A DNA stretch of 64,000 nt from a bacterium. GTDB lineage: Bacteria > Fibrobacterota > Fibrobacteria > UBA11236. The stretch covers positions 80,788 to 144,787 of the forward strand of contig OMJM01000062.1 of NCBI GenBank assembly GCA_900299345.1. The letters run 5' to 3'. The notes below the pieces were generated by a model that did not search any database, had not been told where the DNA came from, and worked only from the letters and a program-made list of their open reading frames with translations. Of this stretch, positions 34,668-45,008 are shown in pieces (positions within the stretch are counted from its first letter, which is position 1; each line of letters starts with the position of its first letter). A program made the translations under genes and the position numbers.

Positions 34668-36462
34668 ATGGGTAAGGCTTTATTCGTTCGGCTAATGAAA
34701 AATCAACCTTATCCGCCAACTCGATGGAAGATGTCCGAGATGAAACAAGGATTTTATCTCTTTCATCACTAACACTTACTTCAAAGGGTTTATCGGAAAC
34801 CCATAAAATTGGAATTGGATTAATTATGTCGGACAACATTTGTGCGTCTTCTTTGTCTAGCTCATCTAAAAGAAGCCAAACCGTTGCTCCTGTGTCGGCC
34901 CTATGATAAGCAGCCATTCCTAATAGGTGCAATAATTCCGGAGACTGTTGCTGCGATCTCTGCAATGTTGAACCATCTTCGCTTGAAACCACAAGACCCA
35001 GCGGTTCAGCCGGTATCTTTTTCTCAAGCCAACGGCTTTCCAAAATCTTCACTGCTTCACGAAAAGCAGGGTTCAATCCTACAAAAACAGCCACAGCCCC
35101 AGAATACCCTAAAAGCTGAGTGCGCTTTTGGAATGAAATATTCCTTTGCGTAAGGTACTGATGAGAAGGACCAAAGTCTGCATTTTTTTCGTCATCTGCG
35201 GCCAAGGCTTCGCGGATGATGCCCCCGCCCGCGATCTCGTATTGATCCACGATCACGAACCGTCCGGTGGCTTCGATGGCCGAAGTGAGATCAAAGGCGA
35301 TGGGCTTGCGCAGTTGCAGGATGCAATCCGCCACGTCGTGGCGTTCCACGCGATCCGGATCGTGATCGCGGCCGCTTTCCGAAGCGTCGATCAGATAGTT
35401 GATGTGGTGCAACCGCACCGGAACCTTGGCCGAGCCGAGCTTGAGGAAATAATCCCGGCCCATGCGCAGCGCGGCTTTGCCCATCCAGAAAATGTTCACG
35501 CGAATGCGGTTGGACACTTCGGGCAGTTGCTCGCCGACCTTGGCCATGAGTTCGCCGCGTCCGAGATACACCTGCGTTTCCAAAGTGACACCTGCAGACC
35601 AGCCTGCGTGAATTTCGTTACGGGACGGGGCGTTGAATCCCTCGATGCCGCGCACCTTGCTCTTCTTGCCCGACGGCAGGAACACCACTTCATCGCCCAC
35701 ACGCAATGTACCCGACTCTACGCGGCCTGCCACGATACGGCGATCGTCGCCGCTGGCGGTGAACTTGTAAACGTCCTGTACGGGCATGCGCATGGGCTGG
35801 CCGGTTTTGGGAGGCGCTTTTTCAAACGCGTCCACGGCGGAAAGCAGATCGGGTCCCTTGTACCAGGGCATTTTCTCCGAGGGCTTCACCATGTTTTCGC
35901 CCGGAAAGGCGGCGATGGGAACGAAGAAGCGCGGCGTCGCGCCGATGCGCGCGAGAAAGGCCACGTACTCGTCGCGGATATCCTCGAAGGCCTGGCGCGA
36001 ATAATCCACCAGATCCATCTTATTCACCACCACCACAATCTGCCGGATGCCGAGCATGGCGAGCAGATAGCCGTGGCGCTTGCTGTTTTCCTGAATGCCT
36101 TCCTTGGCGTCGATCACCAGCACGGCGGCTTCGGCGCGGGCCGCGCCCGTGACCATGTTCTTCAGAAATTCAATGTGACCCGGCGCGTCGATGATGACGT
36201 AGTCGCGGTTGCCGGACTTGAAGAACGTGCGCGCCGTGTCGATGGTGATGCCCTGCGCCTGCTCATCCTTGAGTGCGTCGAGCAGAAAGGCGTATTCGAA
36301 CGGACGCGAGTTCGCGGCGCAAAAAGCGCGAATGGCTTCCAATTTTCCGTCGGGCAGCGAACCGGTGTCGGCCAGCAAACGGCCGATGACCGTGCTCTTG
36401 CCATGATCCACGTGGCCCACGATCACGATGTCCATGCGTGGACGTCCCTGCACGGCGGCCAT
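34645..36462 (-). CDS. cysN: sulfate adenylyltransferase subunit 1 (CysN GTPase) fused to a degenerate APS-kinase-like C-terminal domain
   Basis: GTPase motifs [14 protein letters not shown] and NKMD. The C-terminal roughly 175 aa align with CysC but the P-loop is replaced (GLNPAFREA) and DGDNVR is lost. The ATG overlaps the cysD stop (TAATG). Confidence 0.85.
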   Translation of the reverse strand: MAAVQGRPRMDIVIVGHVDHGKSTVIGRLLADTGSLPDGKLEAIRAFCAANSRPFEYAFLLDALKDEQAQGITIDTARTFFKSGNRDYVIIDAPGHIEFLKNMVTGAARAEAAVLVIDAKEGIQENSKRHGYLLAMLGIRQIVVVVNKMDLVDYSRQAFEDIRDEYVAFLARIGATPRFFVPIAAFPGENMVKPSEKMPWYKGPDLLSAVDAFEKAPPKTGQPMRMPVQDVYKFTASGDDRRIVAGRVESGTLRVGDEVVFLPSGKKSKVRGIEGFNAPSRNEIHAGWSAGVTLETQVYLGRGELMAKVGEQLPEVSNRIRVNIFWMGKAALRMGRDYFLKLGSAKVPVRLHHINYLIDASESGRDHDPDRVERHDVADCILQLRKPIAFDLTSAIEATGRFVIVDQYEIAGGGIIREALAADDEKNADFGPSHQYLTQRNISFQKRTQLLGYSGAVAVFVGLNPAFREAVKILESRWLEKKIPAEPLGLVVSSEDGSTLQRSQQQSPELLHLLGMAAYHRADTGATVWLLLDELDKEDAQMLSDIINPIPILWVSDKPFEVSVSDERDKILVSSRTSSIELADKVDFSLAERIKPYPYDPLKPL

Positions 36463-37376
36463 TACATGTACCCGTCGCGGCGCAAAGTTTCCAGGCCGCC
36501 GTCTTCCTTGTCCTGCGCACGGCCCGAGCGTTCCGCGATGTTCGCGAACTTGCCGGTCTTCAGTTCTTCCACGATCTCCGCGACGTTGTGCGCCTCGGAT
36601 TCCACGGGGTTGGTACAGGGATAGCAACCCAGCGAGCGATAGCGCTTACCGTCGCCCTTGTTGAAATACAGATCGATGATGGGAATGTTCTCACGCTGGA
36701 TGTATTCCCAGATGTTCAGCTCGGTCCAGTCCAGCAACGGATGGACGCGTACGTGCGTGCCCGGCGCGAAGTCAGTCTTGAATTGGTTCCACAACTCCGG
36801 GGGCTGATCGCCCACGTCCCACTCGCTGTTCTTGTCGCGTGGGGAGAAATAACGTTCCTTGGAGCGCGAACCTTCCTCGTCGGCGCGCGCGCCCACGATC
36901 ACGCCCGTGTACGGCTCGCGGTTCGAGTCCACTTCATACTGGCCGGTCTTGTGGTTCATGCGGAAGCGCGGCCACTCTCCGGAGAGGGTGTTGCGCAGCG
37001 CGTCGGTCTTCAAGGCCTTGCAGCATTGCAAGCGCGTCAGTTTTCCGGCGGGAAACGTTTCACCTTTCGCCAACGCCTCTTTGTTCTGTCCGTACACCAT
37101 GTTGAGACCCCACTGACGCGCGAGTTCATCGCGGTAGGTGATCATGGCGGGGATCTTGAAGCTGGTGTCGATGTGAACCAGAGTGATCGGAACGTGTCCG
37201 AAGAAAGCTTTGCGCGCCAGCCACAGCAACACGGTGCTGTCCTTGCCGATGGACCAAAGCATGGCGAGGTTCTTGAAGTTGGCGTACGCCTCCCTCAGGA
37301 TGTAAACGCTCTGGTTTTCCAGTTGATCGAGATGATCCTGTTCGACAGCAACCTTCATGGGAACCCTATAATACAT
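36462..37376 (-). CDS. cysD: sulfate adenylyltransferase subunit 2
   Basis: PAPS-reductase-like fold motifs: SIGKDS, and CYPCT near the C-terminus. 304 aa. Confidence 0.9.
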   Translation of the reverse strand: MYYRVPMKVAVEQDHLDQLENQSVYILREAYANFKNLAMLWSIGKDSTVLLWLARKAFFGHVPITLVHIDTSFKIPAMITYRDELARQWGLNMVYGQNKEALAKGETFPAGKLTRLQCCKALKTDALRNTLSGEWPRFRMNHKTGQYEVDSNREPYTGVIVGARADEEGSRSKERYFSPRDKNSEWDVGDQPPELWNQFKTDFAPGTHVRVHPLLDWTELNIWEYIQRENIPIIDLYFNKGDGKRYRSLGCYPCTNPVESEAHNVAEIVEELKTGKFANIAERSGRAQDKEDGGLETLRRDGYM

Positions 37377-37555
37377 ATTATTTTAGTCAGTATAAAGTCC
37401 TTTTAAAAAATCGAAAATATCGGTTTTTGGAGTCGAAATACGCTTTATTCGATTTATTGCATACTTAAATTGTATGTTAAACGGGGTTGTGAAAAATGTA
37501 CGGAAACGGCTGAATTAGTAGGTTAGGCCCCGAAAAGAGAACGCGGCCTTCGCGC
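37377..37555. promoter_or_regulatory. AT-rich divergent promoter region upstream of cysDNC with inverted TCGAAA repeats (AAATCGAAAAT ... ATTCGATTT)
   Basis: Read from the sequence. Candidate operator for sulfur-assimilation control. Confidence 0.35.
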
Positions 37556-38347
37556 ATGGCCTACAACAGTACACCCCTCTATCTATCCAGTTTTCTGCTG
37601 GAAAAGAACCGCTGGAACGGCAAGGGCCCTTCCATGCTCGTCTCCGAATGGATCGAACCCATGGTCGAAGCGGGTTTCAAAGGTCTGGAAATCTGGGCGC
37701 CGCATCTTTTGCTTGCTTCGCGCTCCGAGTGGGAAGCGATTCGCGAGAAGGCCTCGGACACGGACATTCCGGTGGTGTTTCTCTACGCTCTGTTGCCCAC
37801 CGACAACTCTGACAAAAGCAACCGCTTTCGCGACACGATGCTCGAAGCCATGAACTATTTCGATTGTCAGGGATTGAAATTCACATTCACCGAAAACGCG
37901 GCGTCGATCGGGGATAAATTCTCCTTTGCAGGAGAATGGGCGCGTGACCTGCCGCGCAACGCGCAACTACTCCCCGTGTTTGAAAAATCCCGCATCAACG
38001 CGGAAGAAATTGCAGCCTATCGCAAGGTCTTCGGATCCAGATTCCGCTGTTCGGCACTCCCCTTCTCGGCGAATCCGAAAGAGCTGGAAAAAATTTTCAG
38101 CGCCTGCGGAGACAGTCTGGTGAATCTGGGTCTGCGACCGTTGTCGGAAGCCGGTTACGGCGCCTTGCGCGATTTCGAAGAGGAATGCGACCGGCTGGTG
38201 TCAGCGGCGCACAAACACGGCTTCAAGGGTTCATGGAGCTTGGAAACCACGGCCGGAACCGGAGCTCCGGGCGAGGATGCGGAAATGCTTTTCTACGAGG
38301 CGGAGGATGATCTGAATTTCTTCGTCTCCACGTTGCGCAAACACTAG
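37556..38347 (+). CDS. sugar phosphate isomerase/epimerase-like TIM-barrel protein (xylose-isomerase-like fold), hypothetical
   Basis: Weak family resemblance only. 263 aa. Confidence 0.45.
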   Translation: MAYNSTPLYLSSFLLEKNRWNGKGPSMLVSEWIEPMVEAGFKGLEIWAPHLLLASRSEWEAIREKASDTDIPVVFLYALLPTDNSDKSNRFRDTMLEAMNYFDCQGLKFTFTENAASIGDKFSFAGEWARDLPRNAQLLPVFEKSRINAEEIAAYRKVFGSRFRCSALPFSANPKELEKIFSACGDSLVNLGLRPLSEAGYGALRDFEEECDRLVSAAHKHGFKGSWSLETTAGTGAPGEDAEMLFYEAEDDLNFFVSTLRKH

Positions 38348-39573
38348 CGAAGGGCGAGTTTTCCAAAGGCCCTGGGCTTGCCCGCAACCTTCAGGAAGTA
38401 AACACCGGGTGTGACCTTGTGGTTCTGCGGATCGCGGCGATCCCAGTCCACGCGTTCATTACGCACGGTCAGTCGCTGCACCAGACGTCCCTGCAGATCC
38501 ACGATTTCGAGCTGCCGCGCGGATGCGGGAAAGCGCAGGCTCAACCCCTCCACCGTGAACAGGCCCATGCGTTCGCCCTGCGCATTGGTGATGCGCGTGG
38601 CAGTACCCATGCTGATGGTCTTGTCCTTGATGAGCGTGCTCCACTGTTGCGCACCATTGCCGGAGGTTCCCGTGCCCACGAAGCTGCGATGGGTCGCGAC
38701 CATTCTGCCATCAGTGATGTGAAAAACCATGATATCACCATCCATCACTGTGCCGTCGTCGTATATGTCGAAGGTCTTGGTTCCCATGTTGTTGTTGTTC
38801 CACGTATAGATGGCCTGCGCGTGGGAGTGGCCATGCAAAATGCCAATGACGTTGTAATTCAAGATGGCGTTGTAGAAGGGTGTTCTCAAGGCCTGCGGAA
38901 AGTAGGTGTTGTCGTTCACCGGATAGTGCTCCATGATGAAGACAGGCCGGCCGCTGTTCCCCACGTTTTCCGCCAAATCCTTTTGCAAGAATGCCAGTGC
39001 GTTCATAGGGCGATAGCCGCTGTAACCCAGTTCAGTGCTGCCCGCATAAAGATTCAGATTGATGAAATGCACACCATCCCAATCCCACGAGTAATGGTAT
39101 TCTGTCGAATCCATGGCGGTGAGACCCAGTTTGCGCAGGGCGTTGCGCTGCCGCATACGGTCCACGAGATACAAAGTGTCCTTGATGGTTCCGGTGGTAT
39201 AGAAGTCGTGGTTGCCAAGCGCCTCCAGCGTCGGAAAGCGGAGCTTCTTGTCGCCTGTGACACCGTAATCCGCAGTGTACCGCGCCCACAAAGCGCTGTC
39301 GATCATCTCGATCAAATCACCGACGACCAGTACGGCGCGCGGTTCGGCAATGGTTCCGCCGCCAGCCGCTGTGGGATAGGTTGTCCCGGGCAGCGCATTC
39401 AAAATTCCCGGCATGCGCGCACGGCTCGTGTCCTTCTGAGTGATGCCCGTGCCGGAACTGGGGGCGCCTGTCTGTCCGTAATGAGGATCCGAAACGGAGA
39501 AAAAAGTGATATCCACCGCAAACGCGGAAGATGCGATCAGGCAAGCGGCTAAAATGGGACGTGCGGAAAACAT
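38344..39573 (-). CDS. metallophosphoesterase (calcineurin-like) with T9SS C-terminal sorting domain
   Basis: Signal peptide. GNHDF and HGHSH phosphoesterase motifs. C-terminal CTD (LEIVDLQGRLVQRL....GVYFLKVAGKPRAFGKLAL). Start chosen at the internal MFSARPIL. Confidence 0.75.
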   Translation of the reverse strand: MFSARPILAACLIASSAFAVDITFFSVSDPHYGQTGAPSSGTGITQKDTSRARMPGILNALPGTTYPTAAGGGTIAEPRAVLVVGDLIEMIDSALWARYTADYGVTGDKKLRFPTLEALGNHDFYTTGTIKDTLYLVDRMRQRNALRKLGLTAMDSTEYHYSWDWDGVHFINLNLYAGSTELGYSGYRPMNALAFLQKDLAENVGNSGRPVFIMEHYPVNDNTYFPQALRTPFYNAILNYNVIGILHGHSHAQAIYTWNNNNMGTKTFDIYDDGTVMDGDIMVFHITDGRMVATHRSFVGTGTSGNGAQQWSTLIKDKTISMGTATRITNAQGERMGLFTVEGLSLRFPASARQLEIVDLQGRLVQRLTVRNERVDWDRRDPQNHKVTPGVYFLKVAGKPRAFGKLALR

Positions 39574-39660
39574 GAATCCTCCTGTTCCAAGACAGTGAAA
39601 ACTTAAGCCCAAAACCCTGTTATCGGGGATGATTTATTGCCAGTAACGGCTGCGTAACGT

Positions 39661-40830
39661 TCATGAAGCACGATCGTCACGCGGGGCGCGTTTTTCAAGG
39701 ATTTTATAGAGGCAGGCACAAACCTCCAAAGCGCCGTTGTCCAGAAAAAGTCTTTTCTCAGGCTTGAACCAAATCTCCCGTTCGAAGCGCTCTTCCGGAA
39801 TAAGCACACAGACTTTTGCGCCGGGGCAATGTGTTTTCAGAAATCGCCCGAAGCTTTCGTAAAGCTTACGGAGCGCTTCGGATTCCGAATCCCCCAACCG
39901 CACGCCGTACGGAGGATTCGTGATGACGAAGCCGTCGGCAAATTCGCCTTCCAGTTTGGCAAAGTCGCCCTGTGTGATCCGCGCTGAAGCGGCAAAGGGT
40001 GTTCCTTGAAAATTGATCCGTGCCGCGTTCACCGATTTGGAATCGATGTCGTAACCGAAGAGCAAATCCGACGGCAGCGGAACAATCTTGGAATCCATTT
40101 CGGTTTTCACCTTGTCCCACGCTTCTTGTGAAAAGTCCGGGAGATTTTCGAATCCCTGCCGCTCGCGGAAAAATCCGGCGGGCGTGTTGCTTGCCAGCAT
40201 GGCCGCTTCCAGAAGAATGGTGCCGCTTCCGCAGAAGAAATCATGCAGTGGTTTTTGACCCTTCCATCCCGCGAAACGCAACATCGCCGCGGCCAGATTC
40301 TCCTTGATCGGAGCCTCCACCGCCTGCTTGCGATAACCGCGCCGGTGCAGAACCCCGTCGGAGTAATACAGGCTCAACGTCGCCTGATCCTGACGCAAGA
40401 ACAGATCGATGCGAATGTCCGGATTGTCGCGATCCACATCGGGGCGCGTTCCACTTTCATCGCGCAACGAATCCACGACGGCATCCTTGAGCCTCAACAT
40501 CGCATACTGGCTGTGAGTGATGCCGGAATCGGAAACCGTGGCGTTGATCTTGAAGGTCTGGCCTGGTCGGATCAACGCCTTCCAGTTGAACCGCGAGGCT
40601 TTGTCGTACAGCTCGTTGTCGTCATAACAGGAGAAGGTCGCGAGGGTCCGCAACAAACGGGATGCCAGCCGCGAACCATACACAACGCGGTATGCTTCTT
40701 CCTGGGTCAAAGACGCGGTGACACCAAGATATCCTGGCTCACCGCCTTCAATGCCCATCTCCCGGAGCTCATGAAGCAACAATGGCTCCAGATTTCTGGG
40801 GCAGCTGATGAAAAAAGAATGTTTGCTCAA
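39661..40830 (-). CDS. THUMP-domain class I SAM-dependent RNA methyltransferase (RlmL-like)
   Basis: THUMP N-terminal region. FCGSGT motif I and NPPYG motif IV. Confidence 0.75.
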   Translation of the reverse strand: MSKHSFFISCPRNLEPLLLHELREMGIEGGEPGYLGVTASLTQEEAYRVVYGSRLASRLLRTLATFSCYDDNELYDKASRFNWKALIRPGQTFKINATVSDSGITHSQYAMLRLKDAVVDSLRDESGTRPDVDRDNPDIRIDLFLRQDQATLSLYYSDGVLHRRGYRKQAVEAPIKENLAAAMLRFAGWKGQKPLHDFFCGSGTILLEAAMLASNTPAGFFRERQGFENLPDFSQEAWDKVKTEMDSKIVPLPSDLLFGYDIDSKSVNAARINFQGTPFAASARITQGDFAKLEGEFADGFVITNPPYGVRLGDSESEALRKLYESFGRFLKTHCPGAKVCVLIPEERFEREIWFKPEKRLFLDNGALEVCACLYKILEKRAPRDDRAS

Positions 40831-40837
40831 ATTGAGA

Positions 40838-41161
40838 TCAGTAAACGCCGCGGTTGATCACTTGCGGGCGCGGTTCGCGTTCCCGGGGCCGATCTCCCTG
40901 AGGGCGACCGCTTCCCTCTTCGCGGGGACGGGCTTCGCGGGCGTTGATGGGGCGTCCCATCAAATCCATGCCGTTCACGGCTTCCAATGCTTTGCGGCCT
41001 TCTTCTTCGTTGGGCATTTCCACAAAACCGAAACCGCGGGACCGTCCGGTCATGCGATCCTTGATAATGCGGGCCGATTCAACCGCGCCATGCGCGGCAA
41101 ACGCCTCTTGAAGCATTTCATCCGTGGCCGTGTAGGCAATGTTGCTGACGTAAATGTTCAT
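40838..41161 (-). CDS. RNA-binding protein (RRM/RNP-1 domain) with Arg/Pro-rich tail
   Basis: RNP-2 IYVSNI, RNP-1 RGFGFVEM. 107 aa. Confidence 0.8.
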   Translation of the reverse strand: MNIYVSNIAYTATDEMLQEAFAAHGAVESARIIKDRMTGRSRGFGFVEMPNEEEGRKALEAVNGMDLMGRPINAREARPREEGSGRPQGDRPREREPRPQVINRGVY

Positions 41162-41329
41162 CCATTCATCCTTGTTGAAATTCCAGTCCGTTCGGGGAAA
41201 TCGATATCAGGGGACTATTTCTCGCGAGACGCGAAACGGCCGTCTTCTAAACAACGCACCCAAAGGCTGGTGGTTTAAATATAAACCCGACCCGAAAACG
41301 CTACGCGCGATTTTTTAACATTGACCGCC

Positions 41330-42904
41330 ATGACCAGATACTACCTCGGCCTCGACTCTTCGACCCAAAGCATCACCGCGCTCCTGCTGGAACAGGCGGA
41401 AGAAAACCCCGCGTCCACGCGCATTTTGATCGAAAAAAGCCTGAATTTCGATGCGGCGTACCCTGAATTCGGCACCCGAAACGGCGTACTGCCCGGTGCC
41501 CCCGGAGAAGCGCATACTCCTCCCCAACTGTGGGTTCGCGGACTGGAAGGCGTCCTCGAAGCCTTGAAAAAGGAAGGTGCGCCCCTCGGTAAGGTGGAAG
41601 CCATCGGAGTATCCGGACAGCAGCATGGGTCGGTGTATTTGAATGCCACAGCAGTCAGCAAACTTGCGGCCTTGGATTCTTCCAAAGGACTGACGGAACA
41701 GTTGGAAGGACTTTATTCCCGCAAAACCTCCCCCATCTGGATGGACGCATCCACTTCAAAAGAGTGTGCGGAAATCACCAACACCTTGGGCGGTGATTCT
41801 GCCGTGTGTGAAATGACCGGCTCGCGCTGCTTTGAACGCTTCACGGGTCCGCAGATCCGGAAGTTCCATAAAACGGAACCGGAAAATTATGCCGCCACGG
41901 CGCATATCTGTCTGGTATCGAGCTTCATTCCTTCCTTGCTGGCCGGAAAAATCGTCGGCATCGATCCCGGCGATGGCGCTGGAATGAATCTGATGGATGT
42001 TGCAAAACGTGCATGGAACCCCAAGGCTTTGGAAGCCACCGCTCCGAACCTGGCTTCGAAGCTTGTGCCCATTCAGGAATCTGATTCCATTTCAGGAAAA
42101 ATCTCTGCTTACTTTGTCGCGCGATTCGGTTTCTCACCCAGCTGCGTCATCCTCCCGGGTACGGGAGACAATCCCGCCAGTCTCGTGGGTCTAGGGCTTG
42201 TATCCGGAGGTGCCATCGGTATTTCGTTGGGAACCAGCGACACCTTGTTCTCTTACATGAGCAATGTCCACACAGATCCGGATGGCGCCTCCCATGTGTT
42301 CGGAAGCCCCACGGGCGCCTACATGGCCATTTCTGTTTACAAGAACGGCAGCCTGGCCCGAGAAAAGGTTCGCAACCGACACAATTTGTCCTGGGAAGAC
42401 TTTTCCGGCATTCTCAAACGCACTCAAGCCGGAAACCAGAATCGCGTGCTGTTGCCTTACTTCGACACGGAGATCATTCCGCGCATCGGCAAACCCGGCG
42501 CACAACGATACGGTTTCTCTGAAACGGATGCCGAGGCGGACGTGCGGGCCGTCATCGAAGCGCAAATGACCAGCATGTCGCTTCACTCCGCTTGGATGGG
42601 AGAAAAACCCCGGCGCATCCAGGCCACGGGTGGCGCCTCCAACAACCGCGAAATCCTTCAAGTCATGGCCGATGTTTTCGGAGTGCCGGTTTTACGGCAA
42701 GAGACTTCCAATTCCGCCGCGTTGGGTGCAGCCATACGCGCACAACATGTCCTTCTGAAAGAAAATTCTTTTGAAGACTTATCCCGACCCCACCTCAAAA
42801 CCACGTTCACTCTGACTCCAAACCTAGAGGCCCACCGGGTTTACGGGGAATTCGCTGCCACTTACAAACGGCACGAACAGTCTTACGTGGCAAGCTTGGT
42901 CTGA
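41330..42904 (+). CDS. FGGY-family carbohydrate kinase (xylulokinase-like)
   Basis: N-terminus YYLGLDSSTQS. FGGY N- and C-domain motifs: GTSDTLF, and a GGASNN-type signature. Confidence 0.8.
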   Translation: MTRYYLGLDSSTQSITALLLEQAEENPASTRILIEKSLNFDAAYPEFGTRNGVLPGAPGEAHTPPQLWVRGLEGVLEALKKEGAPLGKVEAIGVSGQQHGSVYLNATAVSKLAALDSSKGLTEQLEGLYSRKTSPIWMDASTSKECAEITNTLGGDSAVCEMTGSRCFERFTGPQIRKFHKTEPENYAATAHICLVSSFIPSLLAGKIVGIDPGDGAGMNLMDVAKRAWNPKALEATAPNLASKLVPIQESDSISGKISAYFVARFGFSPSCVILPGTGDNPASLVGLGLVSGGAIGISLGTSDTLFSYMSNVHTDPDGASHVFGSPTGAYMAISVYKNGSLAREKVRNRHNLSWEDFSGILKRTQAGNQNRVLLPYFDTEIIPRIGKPGAQRYGFSETDAEADVRAVIEAQMTSMSLHSAWMGEKPRRIQATGGASNNREILQVMADVFGVPVLRQETSNSAALGAAIRAQHVLLKENSFEDLSRPHLKTTFTLTPNLEAHRVYGEFAATYKRHEQSYVASLV

Positions 42905-42978
42905 AAGTCTGGAAATTTTCCTGTTATCTCCACTTTTCACCCCCGTAACGGCCAAATTCGGATTACCTTAACGCCTTC

Positions 42979-45000
42979 ATGCCGGGAGGTACGGTGAAAA
43001 AGAACGCGATAAAACTGGCTTTGGCGGGATGCGCCATGGCGTGGGTGATGTACGGATGTAATGTTTTCGAACCCCTCGCCTCAAAGAGTTCCTCTGATTA
43101 TCAAACCTTGTTGGTGCAAGGCAACAAGGCATTGAATGCGGGAGATTATCAGACCGCCTTGAATTACTACGGCAAGGCGATGAAGAAAAATCCCAAGGGT
43201 TCGGAAGCCTATCTGTTTCATGCGCAGGCACTTATTGCCCTGTACAAAATCGATTACAACCGAATCAACGACGAATTCAAGAAAGCCGACAGCGTCAAGG
43301 GTCTGCCGTTCCTCGATGCCAACTCAACCATTTCCAATACGGATAGCCTTTATTTCCCGGTTGCCACGGCGGTAAGAGACCTGGAACACATCCTCCGCGG
43401 CAGGGACACTCTCTGGCTCGATGAAGACAGCAGCCAGTTTCTTGCTCCGGACGGAGACACCGCTTCAGATGGTCGGATTACGCCCAGCGTTGCTCGATTG
43501 GATCTCGGCATTCTTAGCGCCGTCAAGGCACTGCTCGCACCCATTGACCTCGATGGCGATCTTCATGTCGACTCGGTGTGTGGAGATAGTTTGACTCCGG
43601 CGCAAAAAGCCCAGATCTGTCTCAAGGGGGACACGAGCGAAGTGGATCGCCTGAACAGCATGGTCCGTCTGACCGCTGACGTCTCCTTTGACACCCTCGA
43701 TTCGAAAAGTGTTAACGGCAAGGAATTGTCCAATCTGCCCACCGACATCAATGCCTACATCGAATCCATGCTCGGGCCTCTTGCCAGCGCCGCCTACAAC
43801 CTCGATTCCGTGCGCAGCAGCTTGCAGAGCCACAACCAGACAAGCTTGAGCAACGACATCGCAAAGACCGTGACGCGCGTTCGGGATATGAGCAACTTCG
43901 TGGGCTATATGCAGTACAACGATAATGTGGATGATGACTACGATCGTCAGCTTGGAAAATCGGATTCTGTCATGCGGTGGCACGATTTCGACCGCGACCA
44001 CGGAATCCGTTACAACTACGACGACAACAGCACGGATCCAGACACCATTTACACAAAACAGGGGGCCCAAAAAATCAACTACTGCGACCCGGGTAATATC
44101 GGTCATCCACTACACCGCTACCGTCACCCGGAACTGTACAAGACCTACAAGGAACTTGAAACAGCCTATCCTAAACTGGAGAAGGACACCTCTCAAAACA
44201 GCCGCATTAATCTCATGAAGAAGGGCTGCAAGTCCTTGGTGGACACCTTGTCCCATAACCCTTACCTGGATGCGAGATTAACCCCGACCATGTCCGCTCA
44301 GGTAAAAGCGGTATGTGACTCCATCAGCCCGGTACTGAAGGACGCTGTATCCCGTCCCTCGCGAAGCGATTGGGTCGGAGGCACTCCCGGTATTGACGAA
44401 GAGCTCCTGGACGGATTCGACAATGATTACGATGGCATCACAGACGAAGATTCCCGAAATCTCCAGGGTAACGCCACCCAAGGATTCGATGACGACAATG
44501 ATGCCCCATTGAGCAAGAGCATGATTGGCCAACCTGTCACACCCATGCAATGGAAGGACAATAACGGCAACGGTTGCATTGATATCGATCCCGTTGCGCG
44601 CCCCACGGTTGCCGGAGACTCCTCGACCCGGGAGTTCTGCGTCGGAACCTTGGAACATAGGCTACATCTTGCGCGTGTTGCCAACCTGGTCATCACCAAT
44701 CCTGAAGCCAACCTTAAAGAGGATTCTCTTCAGGTTTATTACACACGGGGGGTTGAGACCGAGACGGATTGCATCCGGCAGTACAACAGATACCTGGATC
44801 CTGCTTTCCGCGCGAAATTCAAACCGACCGACAAGGAACGGGATGCTGCCTGCCACTTCAAGGACATCTGGATCGCCCCGATACCTCCCCGTTCTGAGTG
44901 GACAGGTGGCGTGTTCGGCGAGGACGAGGAGATTTGTGGAGACTTGATCGACAACGACGGCGATGGTTGGGTTGACGAGGATTGCGGGGATCACCAATGA
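42979..45000 (+). CDS. lipoprotein with N-terminal TPR-like region and Asp-rich calcium-binding (thrombospondin type 3-like) repeats
   Basis: Lipobox LALAGC. TPR-like stretch YQTALNYYGKAMKKNP. Repeats DGFDNDYDGITDED and DNDGDGWVDEDCGD. Confidence 0.6.
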   Translation: MPGGTVKKNAIKLALAGCAMAWVMYGCNVFEPLASKSSSDYQTLLVQGNKALNAGDYQTALNYYGKAMKKNPKGSEAYLFHAQALIALYKIDYNRINDEFKKADSVKGLPFLDANSTISNTDSLYFPVATAVRDLEHILRGRDTLWLDEDSSQFLAPDGDTASDGRITPSVARLDLGILSAVKALLAPIDLDGDLHVDSVCGDSLTPAQKAQICLKGDTSEVDRLNSMVRLTADVSFDTLDSKSVNGKELSNLPTDINAYIESMLGPLASAAYNLDSVRSSLQSHNQTSLSNDIAKTVTRVRDMSNFVGYMQYNDNVDDDYDRQLGKSDSVMRWHDFDRDHGIRYNYDDNSTDPDTIYTKQGAQKINYCDPGNIGHPLHRYRHPELYKTYKELETAYPKLEKDTSQNSRINLMKKGCKSLVDTLSHNPYLDARLTPTMSAQVKAVCDSISPVLKDAVSRPSRSDWVGGTPGIDEELLDGFDNDYDGITDEDSRNLQGNATQGFDDDNDAPLSKSMIGQPVTPMQWKDNNGNGCIDIDPVARPTVAGDSSTREFCVGTLEHRLHLARVANLVITNPEANLKEDSLQVYYTRGVETETDCIRQYNRYLDPAFRAKFKPTDKERDAACHFKDIWIAPIPPRSEWTGGVFGEDEEICGDLIDNDGDGWVDEDCGDHQ

Positions 45001-45008
45001 GAACGACC

